A stretch of DNA of 63,807 nt, the filler included, from Collodictyon triciliatum (taxonomy: Eukaryota): assembly GCA_043381765.1 (NCBI GenBank). It is 4 parts of 4 records of this genome, joined end to end, with 100 filler letters (N's around TTAATTAATTAA, not from the genome) between each part and the next. Parts side by side here need not be neighbours in the genome. Positions count along the whole stretch, not along the records: positions 1 to 21,510 come from JBHJMP010001393.1; positions 21,611 to 39,789 come from JBHJMP010001394.1; 2 more parts are not named here. The stretch is one strand, 5' to 3'. The position numbers and the translations under genes were made by a program. Under the pieces are notes generated by a model. It worked only from the letters and a program-made list of their open reading frames with translations. It did no database searches and was not told the DNA's origin. How positions within the stretch are numbered: the stretch's first letter is position 1; every line of letters begins with the position of its first letter. Shown one piece after another: positions 12,301 through 23,675 of the stretch.

Positions 12301-12867
12301 GTTTGGCTGCGATTGGGAGTGATGAAATGGCGCAGGTATTGGTCTTGGTTGTGCTGAGGCAGGATTTGCTGGGAAAAACGGCGCAATATGTGGCAGCTTC
12401 TTGAGGCGTTCTTTGGAGCTTTCTGTCAGGGCGGGATGCGACTCCAGCAAAGGCGCGGGGTCTAGCAGAAACACAGGCCGGTCAATAGACTTCGACAAGG
12501 GTGATGAGTGTGTCTCTGTCATTGGCGGCGCGGCTTCAGAGATTTCTGGTAAACGCGCCTGTTTTCTCCAGTGATTTGCGCCCAACGCTGGGCTTTGATG
12601 TGGTGGATTCACACTTGCATTTGTGTTTGTGTTTGGTGGCTTTGGTTGGGGGATAGAGCGCTGCTCAGTCTCGGATTGGGGCGTTTGTTGGGAGTCGGGA
12701 TGAACAGGAGAGTCTGTGTTGGGGGGATTATTGTTTGTCTCAAGGTCGTGGGGAGACTCCCGTGTGATTGCATTTGCGGCAGAGTGTGTGCTGATGTCGG
12801 GCTGCAGGCCGGATTGGACGGAAGTGCTTTGCCCGAGAGTTGTTGATCTTGACAGACTGGAGCTCAT
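8820..12867 (-). CDS. Soluble class III nucleotide (guanylate-type) cyclase: disordered N-terminus, coiled coil, XylR_N/V4R sensor, signalling helix, cyclase domain (about 9 exons)
   Basis: Cyclase exons: [15 protein letters not shown]...[51 protein letters not shown]...[39 protein letters not shown]...[15 protein letters not shown]. Sensor exons: [22 protein letters not shown]...FDLGHCIG...SGWA...SFES...[42 protein letters not shown]. Intron phases are consistent with GT-AG splicing. The start codon at 12867 is tentative. Confidence 0.9.
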
Positions 12868-13360
12868 TGGTTCTTGATGGGAAGCTGCAGACGTGGGTTT
12901 TATGGGTATTTGTGTTTGGGTCTCGGCTTTGAGACGAATATACATATATATATGTGTGTGTGTGTGTGCGTTTGTGTGTTGATGCGATTGAGGAGAGAAC
13001 GTTGTGTGGTTCAGGGTTGTGGTTTGACTGTCCGATCGCTGCTGTTCTGCTCAGACTCACGGATTGGATGCTGCTTTTGTGTGACAGTTGCAGACTCGTT
13101 GGAAAAGAAGTAATGGTGGTGCAACGGACAATCTATGTACTATTATGGGTAAGATGAGCATATTTGGTATCTATGCTCAGGTGGTTTGCGGTATGAGTTT
13201 TTTAAATTCTATTTTAATTCTATTTTGATTTGATTTGATTTGATTTGATTTGATTTGATTTGATTTGATTTGGTTTGATTTGATTTGGTTTGATTGTCGG
13301 TGATGGTTTATTGTGTACAGGTTGGGTGCTTTCAGAAAGAGGGTTCAGAAAGTGAGGTGC

Positions 13361-14797
13361 TTATGTCTCAGTTGAGAGGAGAACAGCTCCATCGACAAAT
13401 ACTTGGGAAGATATGTCGGATTTGATGTGGAATAGGCGGATGGTCTCAAAGCGAATGTATCCGTCCATTTTTGCGTTGAAGTGGCCAAATCGAAGGATGC
13501 TACGCCGGGTTTGCATGATTATATATTTAAAAGGAAAATAAAAGAAACATATTGTCGTAATAAACATGAATCCAAAATATTTAGAAGAATAGTGCAGCAT
13601 ACATATATTTACTTATCATGCAATCAAGAAATTACTCTAAAACAAGGGCGTTGCGGGTTATATTATCTGTATTAAATCTGGACTCCATTATGAAGGAATT
13701 ATGATCCGACCCTTCTATTCTGATTCTGGGAAACTGGTGAATCGGCCCAACTTTGATATGTGTCAAGGGCATATCCAACAAACCCGTGCTGTTTTCTGAT
13801 GGTTTGTTGTTAAAATTCAAACACAGGCATTTGCAAATCAATCATAAATGGATTTAAAAACAAAAGCAAGTGTTTTTACAGCTTACTCATTTTGCGTCAA
13901 AGTGTCTTACCAAGGCTTAGATCGACGTAAACCTCTTTTAGCAACACATGTTGTACATTATCATTTTGAACATCCATCAGAAAATAGAGCTTCAAAATAC
14001 CAGAGTTTCCTTGGCCATCAAAACTGGCCCTTTCCAGTATCACAATTTGCATGTCTAAATCCCTCATCCCCAGAAAATAGTATGCAACCAAACTGGCAGA
14101 CAAAATGACCAAACAAGACGTAAGCACAAAGAGGCCAATCCGAAGCCGACGACTGATTGCGATACTGTTTGAAAGAGTGGCTCATGATGAATTTTTTTCT
14201 CTCAGAAGAGTACATCCGAGTAAATGTAATCTTATATTTAATTGTGATTTTTTAAAATATTACGATGTACTCCCTTTGTTTTCCCCTCTTTTTTTTTCTT
14301 TTCGCAAAATGAATTGTTTGAAATATGTCGATTGAAAAACGATTACGGTTGGGGTTCGTCTGCTGTTATGGATGTTCTGGAGACAAACGGGGAAGAAACA
14401 TCAGGTATCAGCTTCGAACGCTCCAAATGACACACGGGGTGATCTTCATAATATTCGATAATCTGTGGCTCATTTGTCTCATAGACTTTCGTGTATGAAG
14501 ATAGATTCTTTACCGATGACAACCACTCTATGATGAAAGATTACGACAGAACCAACAATTATTTAAAAAAGAATCATTATTTGATGTTGGGATGATCGGT
14601 AGAAGGGGAGCGTATGAAACAAATCCAAAAGGAGGGACTTTGCGAATAGGGTGAGTGCGTCTTGAAATGCAAAAAAAAAAAAAAAAGCTCTACGAACCGA
14701 GAGATGGCATCTGTTCACGAACAACTTCAGAGTACTTTCTTTCGCGCGGGGAATAAGCAGAATCCCCTGAGCCTTCGTCAAGTCCCTTCGTCCTCAT
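13361..14797 (-). CDS. Type II membrane protein with a LEA_2/WHy-like beta domain (5 exons, hand-spliced)
   Basis: Phase-consistent exons: MRTKGLDEG...QMPSL|EWLSSVKN...EPQP|IAISRRLRIGLFVLTSCLVILSASLVAYYFLG (single TM after basic residues) MRDLDMQIVILERASFDGQGNSGILKLYFLMDVQNDNVQHVLLKEVYVDLSL|ENSTG...VL|DILRFGHFNAKMDGYIRF...STET*. The l.vxNxN pattern after the TM resembles LEA_2. The family call is an inference. Confidence 0.55.
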
Positions 14798-15425
14798 TTC
14801 CTCGCACTCGACGCCTCCTTTGCTGTCTCCCTGGAAGTGGCTTCTTTGTGCCGATTTGTTTGGATTTGCTTGCAGATGTCAGTTTCACGAAAGTATGTGG
14901 CAAACGAATATCCGGTCAGTGCAGCAGCAATTGTTTTGAAAATTATTTCGAAGGGCGAGTGTTCGATTCTAGATAAATGATACAAACTCATGTGCCGAGA
15001 AAGGCATGAAGGAGCGCAGCTGGTGTGTGGCTTTGGCTTGTGCGTTGCAGCGGTTGTTTTGGATGCGTATACCAAGAGCAAATCATTGTGCGAAGAAGGT
15101 GACAGTCAGATGTACAAACATCGATGGAGATTGAACTGTTTTTTTCTGGTGACGTTTATTTGACTTTTTTTTTTCAGGGGTGTTCGAGTTGCTAATCCGA
15201 CACCACGATTCCAAGAGAAAAAGAGAAAAAGAGAAAAAGAGAAAAAGAGAAAAAGAGAAAAAGAGAAAAAGAGAAAAAGAGAAAAAGAGAAAAAGAGAAA
15301 AAGAGAAAAAGAGAAAAAGAGAAAAAGAGAAAAAGAGAAAAAGAGAAAAAAAGAATGTGATTGTGCGGGCGTATGAAGCGAGCCGAACTGCTCAGCTCCT
15401 ATATATTGCCTCTCGGACTGATAAT

Positions 15426-16898
15426 CTAAGAAACAACTTTGGATACCATCTCCATGAAATTGATGCTGTTAGTCTCATTAGGTTGCAGAACCCAAACTTG
15501 CCCGGTGTTGCGATAAAGCTCAGGACATTCTATAAACAAATTATAAAAGAAATTTTGTTGAAAAGGGGGGACATATTATTCAAATGTGCAATAATATGTG
15601 CTTGCTCTACGATACCTCCCCTATTTGACTTTATAAAATTTAAGTGATGCGCAATTTCATATGAAGGTTGATTGAAAGTGTGAAAAGAAACCATCATCTG
15701 GTAGATCAGAAGCTGACAAACTCTTATTGGATTGGTCCCAACCTGGAAAACAGTTACTAAGTAAATATGATATAATCTCTTTCTCACGCATAATTTCGAG
15801 AGAGAAAATCAATACGAATGTTTTTTTTTTGTAATTTTCTTGGTCGTTTATTTTTTTTTCATACATTAACATTAACATTAACATTGATATTAACAAAATT
15901 TCTCTATAAATGATGTACTACAAGCAATTGAATGAATTTTTTTGATTTAAATTCAATTTTTCTCGTCCGTAACGATACATTAAAAGTCAAACTTCAAATA
16001 ATTCTGCTGAGACTTACGACTGTGAAGAATAGAGCGAACAGCCCGAAGGTCAGTCAAAGTGACAGCGATCTGAGAAGCTCTATCATCGAAGCTCACTAGA
16101 TAACATGAAAAGGATTATTCGAGTAATGAGCGAGTACTTTCGATGTGTTGTATCCAAAACCAATGGCTTCATGCAGATTTTTGATAAAATAATGGTTCTT
16201 TTGGGAATCTTATAACAGCAAACTATGAGAGTTTTGTGGCATTAACGGACTGCCTAAATTTCTCCCAGAGTTCTGCAAGTTCGGCGATGACTCAGACTTT
16301 TGGGTAGTTCTCCTTCAAAAAAAAAAATTGGTTTTCCAAGTTAGAAATTAGTTGATAAGTGCAGAAATCGATGTTAATAAACAAATAAATAATAAAGAGA
16401 AAGTGGGTCTATGCAATATTCTTGCGTCTCGGACTTTGATTAGAAACCAACACTTACTTTGTGAACCACTCGTCCGTGTCTCCGTTACGCACAGGCACAT
16501 TAGTGCGCTCATTACGCACTCCACGGCGATCATTTCCTTGTGCTTCAGATAAATACGTGAAATAAAAAAAAACCAATTTAAGCCTTCACCAAAGACCAAA
16601 GAATCCAAGTCAGAATAGCATGCATAATATAAACAAAAAAAAAAAAACACTTGTAAGTTCTAGACTAGAAGGGATTATGCACCGAGAAAGTGAAAGTGAA
16701 AGTGAAAGTGAACATGTTTCAAGAAGGTTCTACTGGGATTGAGAAGATAATTGCTAATATGATGCAGACTATAAGCATTTGAAAAGAAGTGGTGAACGTC
16801 AATCACTTACCAGGTTTGTTCCGTCTCGACTTGCTTGATTTGCATAATAAAAGAAAAGGATGAGGATATACTAGTGTTTATATAATTGGAATAACTTG

Positions 16899-16930
<32 letters not shown>

Positions 16931-17032
16931 CAGCTGTGCCAACCTCATAGAAAGACTTAACACATATACTTTCAATATAAATAATGTTATGATGGTTACA
17001 TACTCGCCACCATCGTTTGCTCGGCCGCTCAT
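15426..17032 (-). CDS. Hypothetical small protein (about 150 aa, 7 short exons), no recognised domain
   Basis: Phase-consistent GT-AG splicing gives MSGRANDGG|DKSRRNKP|AQGNDRRGVRNERTNVPVRNGDTDEWFT|KRTTQKSE...NSH|MSFDDRASQIAVTLTDLRAVRSILHS|RWDQSNKSLSASDLPDD|ECPELYRNTGQVWVLQPNETNSINFMEMVSKVVS*. Several donors are strong (gtaagt/gtatgt); two are weak. Confidence 0.45.
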
Positions 17033-17229
17033 GATCCAGACCCTGGATTTATTGCTTCTTTAGTGTGTGGGTTAATTGAAAGGCTCGATGAGTTAGCCCG
17101 AGTGGAACCTAATGAAGAAAACACATGAGGTTGGTCTGAGAACCTTTTGTGGCCTTAAAGCCTTGCTGGAGTGGCATAAACTCAGCTCGAGAGAAAAGGA
17201 TATCTAAAGGCGCGCGATATGTTTTTCGT

Positions 17230-19030
17230 TCCTGTTGTGCACTATTTGTTTTTATGTTTTTTTTGTGTGTTTTTTGTGTGTTTTTTGTGTGTTTTTTGTG
17301 TGTTTTTTGTGTGTTTTTGTGTGTTTTTGTGTGTGTTTTTGTGTGTGTTTTTTTTGTGTGTTTTTGTGTGTGTTTTTGTGTGTGTTTTTGTGTGTGTTTT
17401 TGTGTGTTTTTTTGTGTGTGTGTGTTTTTTTTGTGTGTGTTTTTGCGATCGACATGGCTCTGGGCGAATAGAAAAAGGTTTTGTTTGAGGCTCAGACCGC
17501 TGCAATTTTCATCGCTCTATGTCAACGACAGAGTAAGACAAGGATATGCTATTCTCTTGAAATAGTTTTCACTTCTCTTTTCGTGTTCATCATCGCATCA
17601 CAGTCCCAAGACGAGGAATCCCGACATATTAGCCGACAGGAACTGCTGCCGCGGTCAAAGCGCCGATAGAAAGCAGTGGTAGTGCATCTGTCTGATAGGC
17701 GACCCGGCTGGTTAATTGGCTGTGTGTATGGATATAAACAAAGGCTGAGTGTGTCGCAGAAGATATCTTACGAAGCGTCCACATATCTTCCTTGTAGTCA
17801 AAGTAATAAAGAATGAAGGTATATTTTAGCAAGCTGTTCAAGAAGATGTATTGCACGAGGCTTCACAGCCTGGATAGATGGATTTCTCGTTCAATCGAGT
17901 CGTTGCAGCGAGAGAAATCAGGCACACCCCATATAGTTTCGGCCCATCGACTCATCTTCTCCAGTTTGTAGGGATTCGGACTGATGAAATAATATCGAAA
18001 CAGCTTGGAGTATGACATGGCCATCGAGAATTGCGGCGAGTCAGGCGTAATGGACCGCCTTTGGTTCTTCAGGCGAAAGAAAAATGGCGACGGTGCTCCG
18101 TATGAGATGGGACGTCGTGAGCGCCATTCTCCTTTGTTGTTCAGGACGGCTGTGGTTGGGGNNNNNNNNNNNNNNNNNNNNNNNNNNNNNNNNNNNNNNN
18201 NNNNNNNNNNNNNNNNNNNNNNNNNNNNNNNNNNNNNNNNNNNNNNNNNNNNNNNNNNNNNNNNNNNNNNNNNNNNNNNNNNNNNNNNNNNNNNNNNNNN
18301 NNNNNNNNNNNNNNNNNNNNNNNNNNNNNNNNNNNNNNNNNNNNNNNNNNNNNNNNNNNNNNNNNNNNNNNNNNNNNNNNNNNNNNNNNNNNNNNNNNNN
18401 NNNNNNNNNNNNNNNNNNNNNNNNNNNNNNNNNNNNNNNNNNNNNNNNNNNNNNNNNNNNNNNNNNNNNNNNNNNNNNNNNNNNNNNNNNNNNNNNNNNN
18501 NNNNNNNNNNNNNNNNNNNNNNNNNNNNNNNNNNNNNNNNNNNNNNNNNNNNNNNNNNNNNNNNNNNNNNNNNNNNNNNNNNNNNNNNNNNNNNNNNNNN
18601 NNNNNNNNNNNNNNNNNNNNNNNNNNNNNNNNNNNNNNNNNNNNNNNNNNNNNNNNNNNNNNNNNNNNNNNNNNNNNNNNNNNNNNNNNNNNNNNNNNNN
18701 NNNNNNNNNNNNNNNNNNNNNNNNNNNNNNNNNNNNNNNNNNNNNNNNNNNNNNNNATGAAAGTTGCTCCACACTGATATTTTCGACTTGATGTCCTCAA
18801 CCAGGCTTGTCCATTTGCTATCCGATTGTGGACCGAATATGATACCAAGATACTTAAGTGGATGTGACCGTGACTTCCACACAATGTTCCCTGGAAACAT
18901 AAGTCCATCCTGAAACCCAAAAAGAATTCCATCTGTCTTGTCGTAGTTGATTTTTCCGCCGACAGCTCGTGTGTATTGCTGCATGCATTTGTTGGCGAGT
19001 GTGGCGCCTTCGGGAGACCTCATAGCAAAT
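17230..19030 (-). mobile_element. 5'-truncated, decayed non-LTR retrotransposon (L1/Tx1-like ORF2 3' part), interrupted by an N gap
   Basis: 19023-18760 reads CMQQYTRAVGGKINYDKTDGILFG...HPLKYLGIIFG...KWTSLVEDIKSKISVW, the post-YADD RT pattern of L1/Tx1 (GxkiNxxKs...kYLGi...W..l..ki..kl..W). After the gap, RWAETIW...HLSRL*SLVQYIFLNSLL resembles the zf-RVT lead-in and has an in-frame stop at 17863. There are no introns. The A/AC-rich tract at 17230-17445 may be the 3' tail. The 3' boundary is uncertain. Confidence 0.75.
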
Positions 19031-19672
19031 TTTTAGATTTGACGTGTAAAAAAAAAAACTACAGTGTTTATCTTTTCTATTATCTGGATTATACCATACT
19101 CAAAAGAGCACACAGTTGATGAATATTTACAAAGAGTCTGTTTCATATTTACAAAAGCGTTGTGAATACAAGAATCGTATTTTCCCCACTAATTTTTGGA
19201 GGATTAATTTATAATGTAAGCAGAACTTAAACTGGATATTGATGCATATAGCTCATCCGCGGATTGAAAATCGTTCTAGATGCATAAATGCATCTCCTGA
19301 TACCCATTATTTTCTTGCTGTGTAATTTTAATTTTTCATATTCTTTCTCAACTATAAAATATGATTCTACTTGTAGAGCAATGGACTCAATTAAATTGAT
19401 ATTATTTTGTTGTACAACACTACACGACCTTAAAAGTATAGACACGCGCGAGTTTCATCTGTTGCACTAGTTGAGGGATTTTTTTTAAAAAAAAATTACT
19501 AATTATCAGAGTCTTAGTGAACTTGTCTGGAGGTGGGTTTATTTTTCTTCGTTTGTTCAACTATCGAAATGCGGGTGCTTTTGAAGAATTCCATGTTTTC
19601 TCCTTTATTTGATCCAAAGTTGAATATATTCATGGTGATTTTTTTGTTTATGCTATCTAATTTTTCACCGTG

Positions 19673-21258
19673 TTATTTGATTTTCTTGAACTTAAGGAAA
19701 CGAGGCTCGACAACCATTTTCATACCATGTCGGGCTTGTAAAATAACATTATGTCTGTAATCCATGTTGTGATTCGGGACTAAGGTGAGTTTAAATCTAC
19801 GAAGAATGACTACAAGAAGCAACTTCGCCTCGGTATAAGCCATATTCTGCCCGAGACATATTCTTGGCCTTGAATCAAGAAAAGCTATCAAATATGTGGC
19901 CATTATATAACTTGATATGATTACACAGAAGCTTAATTTTTATTTGCATAAATGTTACCCTGCTAGAAATGGATTGAAAACAAATTGAGGAACTTTTTGG
20001 ATTCTTTCGGCACTCCAGCGCTCAGGTTCAAACACATCTGCATCATCTCCCCAAAACTCTTTCATTCTATGCATGATATATGGCAGAAATACGACGTCGG
20101 TGCCACCATCAACGAAAAACCCATTCGGTAAGATATCGTCCTAAACGTAAAGTACATAAGGCAGTCTGAATGTAATTCAGTTAACAAAAGCCCTTCCATA
20201 GAGTCGAATAAACGAAAAAATGATTGAGCTAAATCAGCTAATTTTTATCAAATTCAACATTTAATTCTAGCCCTAGAAGAAGGTCATTTTTTTTCAAATT
20301 TGCTTATTATATCACCTTTACAGATGTTCGAATGTCAGCTGGAACTGAAGGATGAAGACGAAGAGTTTCATTCAGGACCTGCTTCATGTATCGGAGCTTG
20401 CTGAGGTGCTCTGCTGTAATCACCTCGGATGAACCGATTACATGATCTATTTCCTTCAGTATTTTTTCCTTTTTTATAAACAAAAAACAATAGTTAATTT
20501 TGGTAGTGCCGTTAAAAAAGTTCCGATAAAAAGGTAGATTTAAAAAAATCTTACTTGTATGTCACTTCTATGACTAATTTCCCCTAGAGTCCAGATATCA
20601 AAACTGCAGTCGTATCGCGTCCAGCAATCAACATATTCTTCAACAGATCTCGAAGAGATTCCTTTGAATGACTGCCGTTTGAATCCTTTATGTATTCAGC
20701 AAGTAAATCGGTCCTTTTGTCGATATTTGCATCTGTGAGGCTTTTTTCGACAATATCGTCCACAAACTCATTTAGAATTTTCAGTTGAGTGTCAAAAATA
20801 GGATCTGGTTTGAATAACCATAATGGATGCGTAAGATATCGGGCATTTATAGTGATCTACACGTTCGAATTATAGAGAATAATAATCAGCGAGGTATATA
20901 ATTGAATGATTTTTTAATTAAAAGTAGTTTTACTTGTAAGTAATCGAATGCCTGGGCAAAAATTGACGGCTTATTGAGGGAGTTGATATTACACCCAAAT
21001 AGTACTTCTCCTGCGCTACAATGGTCACAATTGAATAAAAAAAAATTTTTTTTTGTTATACTCATAACAAATTGAATGTAGATATCATATACATATATGT
21101 TGTTAGAATAATTTTCCGTCAAATGGAATATTGTAATCAAATTACCTGTCCAGTGTGAATCTAAAACACAAGTCCTGAATATCTACAGTATCTTTCGATT
21201 GTGATGCAAGGCCTAAAATATTTGACAGCGTCTGTGCATGCTTAGAGAATGTCGGTAT
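19673..21258 (-). pseudogene. Cytochrome P450 (CYP86/704/52-like fatty-acid omega-hydroxylase type), 5'-truncated by the contig end, with an apparent 1-bp deletion in helix I (pseudogene or assembly error)
   Basis: Exons give DIQDLCFRFTLDS|AGEVLFG, NMLIAGRDTT (helix I), NETLRLHPSVP (ExxR), DDILPNG...HRMKEFWGDDADVFEPERW, and PFLAG|PRICLGQNMAY (heme Cys). The helix I frame hits TAG at 20584-20586. A frame shifted by one base restores SWTLGEISHRSDIQ|EKILKEI. Confidence 0.85.
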
Positions 21259-21510
21259 CTAATTGGAGTGTAATCGTGATTCAGTGTATATGTGTATGTA
21301 TATATATTCGATGAGTGAATAAATTTTTGTGTGGAATAATAATAACAATAATAATAACAATAATAATAACAATAATAATAACAATAATAATAACAATAAT
21401 AATAACAAAAATAACAATAACAATAACAATAACAATAACAATAATAACAATAATAACAATAATAACAATAATAACAATAATAACAATAATAACAATAATA
21501 ACAATAATAA

Positions 21511-21610
21511 NNNNNNNNNNNNNNNNNNNNNNNNNNNNNNNNNNNNNNNNNNNNTTAATTAATTAANNNNNNNNNNNNNNNNNNNNNNNNNNNNNNNNNN
21601 NNNNNNNNNN
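21511..21610. other. Artificial contig linker N44-TTAATTAATTAA-N44
   Basis: Exactly 100 bp; the 12-mer puts stop codons in all six frames; an identical structure recurs twice more. Confidence 0.97.
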
Positions 21611-21712
21611 TTTTATTTTTATTTTTATTTTTATTTTTATTTTTATTTTTATTTTTATTTTTATTTTTATTTTTATTTTTATTTTTATTTTTATTTTTAT
21701 TTTTATTTTTAC

Positions 21713-23166
21713 GCTGTTGTTTCTGCTCTGGAGAAGGGGCAGTGCAGATTGAATCAAAAGTTTGTGGTCAGGGTCAAGGTCTTCCAAAGTCTGAGCGTTC
21801 AAAAAAATTTCATCTTCATCACTCTCTAGTTTCTTAGCTCCAACTACATTGTCCTTTGAAGAACTCAAAGGCTCCTATGAAGAAATTCATGTTGAGGCTG
21901 CGGGCACTGATGTGTGAAGAGACAGGACTAAAATTTTAGAGAAAGAATTAATATAATAATACATGAACAGCCACAACAGCAAAGGCTGCAGCGAATCAAG
22001 TTGGGGGGGGACACCCAGCACCCAACTTGATAACATACCTGGGTTTGTGGGTTGAGGAATTGGGACCTTCCATATCGCGTGAGTGTATTCAATATGATAG
22101 TCAAACTCCACTCATCCATATCTGTCAGAAACCTGCATATCTGAAACATGGCTACATAAATATCTTCCACGAGAGGCCTGTGCGGACCTTAACAGGTGCA
22201 AGTAGAGGGGAAAATGGAAACTTAGCCAGAAGAGGAGGAAGAAGAAATGGAATAGTACGAAGCAAACCTTTCTGTAATGTATATGAATAAGGTCAAAACG
22301 GTCAGGGCACACTTCATTAAAGGCAACAAACGCTGCAGATATGACATTGAGAGCTCTGTCACCAAAGAGGCTCTTAATGATATCCACTAAATCTTCTTGT
22401 TGATTTGGGTCTACTGCAAAGACCTTGGGAATTGCTAATGCAGCAACTTTCCGAACATATGAAGATTGGTCTGATGTAGCTTTCTTGATACAAAAGGTGA
22501 CTAGCTAAATGTTCAAAATAAAGGAGAAAATATGTTAACGAATAATTAATGGGCATAATAGACACCAAGTGATTTTTTTTCAGTCCTATTTAAATATACT
22601 CAGCTGTTCCAAACATGCCAAAATTTCCTGAGTAAGTATTCACACCTTTAAATATTTGGTACCTGGGCTATCGATGCAATCCGGATGGATGACATGACAC
22701 GGAGAGCTGATGCTCGTATCAATTGGTTATCATCTTCTAAATCCTTTAAAATAGTGTATTTAAATAATGAAATATCAAAGTATAGATACGTTGGAAAGCA
22801 AATCGGCTTTCTATAATGAACAATCATAACATCAGCGCAACCTTAGAAATTAAACATGAAAATAGATCATTCTTCCATTACTTAAAGTTACTGATTAACT
22901 TTCAACAATATAGCAAAAATAAAGCAAAAATACAATAAAATACAAGACGATATGATTTCAACGGTATAATATCCACGTAGGAATGACATATGTAGAATCT
23001 ACCTTTTGAAATGTATTAATGGAAAGTAGCGCAAGGTCCTGCTTGTGTGGGGCATAATGAACCAAATACGTGTATACTAGTTTTTTTACTTCTAAAGAAG
23101 GGCAGACAACATTTTTGACAACCTCAGGAAATAGCTCAGATACATCGTCTCCTTTTGATATCATCT
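21713..23166 (-). CDS. AP3B: AP-3 adaptor complex beta subunit, N-terminal trunk (partial at both ends)
   Basis: [76 protein letters not shown]...[13 protein letters not shown]...[31 protein letters not shown]...[10 protein letters not shown]...[20 protein letters not shown] is diagnostic of beta-3 adaptin. Confidence 0.93.
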
Positions 23167-23675
23167 GACGAGGGGTTGATTATGTGGAAAAGTGGTGGTN
23201 NNNNNNNNNNNNNNNNNNNNNNNNNNNNNNNNNNNNNNNNNNNNNNNNNNNNNNNNNNNNNNNNNNNNNNNNNNNNNNNNNNNNNNNNNNNNNNNNNNNN
23301 NNNNNNNNNNNNNNNNNNNNNNNNNNNNNNNNNNNNNNNNNNNNNNNNNNNNNNNNNNNNNNNNNNNNNNNNNNNNNNNNNNNNNNNNNNNNNNNNNNNN
23401 NNNNNNNNNNNNNNNNNNNNNNNNNNNNNNNNNNNNNNNNNNNNNNNNNNNNNNNNNNNNNNNNNNNNNNNNNNNNNNNNNNNNNNNNNNNNNNNNNNNN
23501 NNNNNNNNNNNNNNNNNNNNNNNNNNNNNNNNNNNNNNNNNNNNNNNNNNNNNNNNNNNNNNNNNNNNNNNNNNNNNNNNNNNNNNNNNNNNNNNNNNNN
23601 NNNNNNNNNNNNNNNNNNNNNNNNNNNNNNNNNNNNNNNNNNNNNNNNNNNNNNNNNNNNNNNNNNNNNNNNNNN

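Noticed and set aside
14704-15350. Possible plus-strand gene starting MASVHEQLQ
   Set aside because: It overlaps the first exon of the minus-strand LEA_2-like gene, and I could not build a phase-consistent continuation.
19673-23166. Apparent AP3B-P450 fusion, and likewise dynein-XRN1 at 39790
   Set aside because: Both joins are artificial linkers, and each gene is simply truncated at a contig end.
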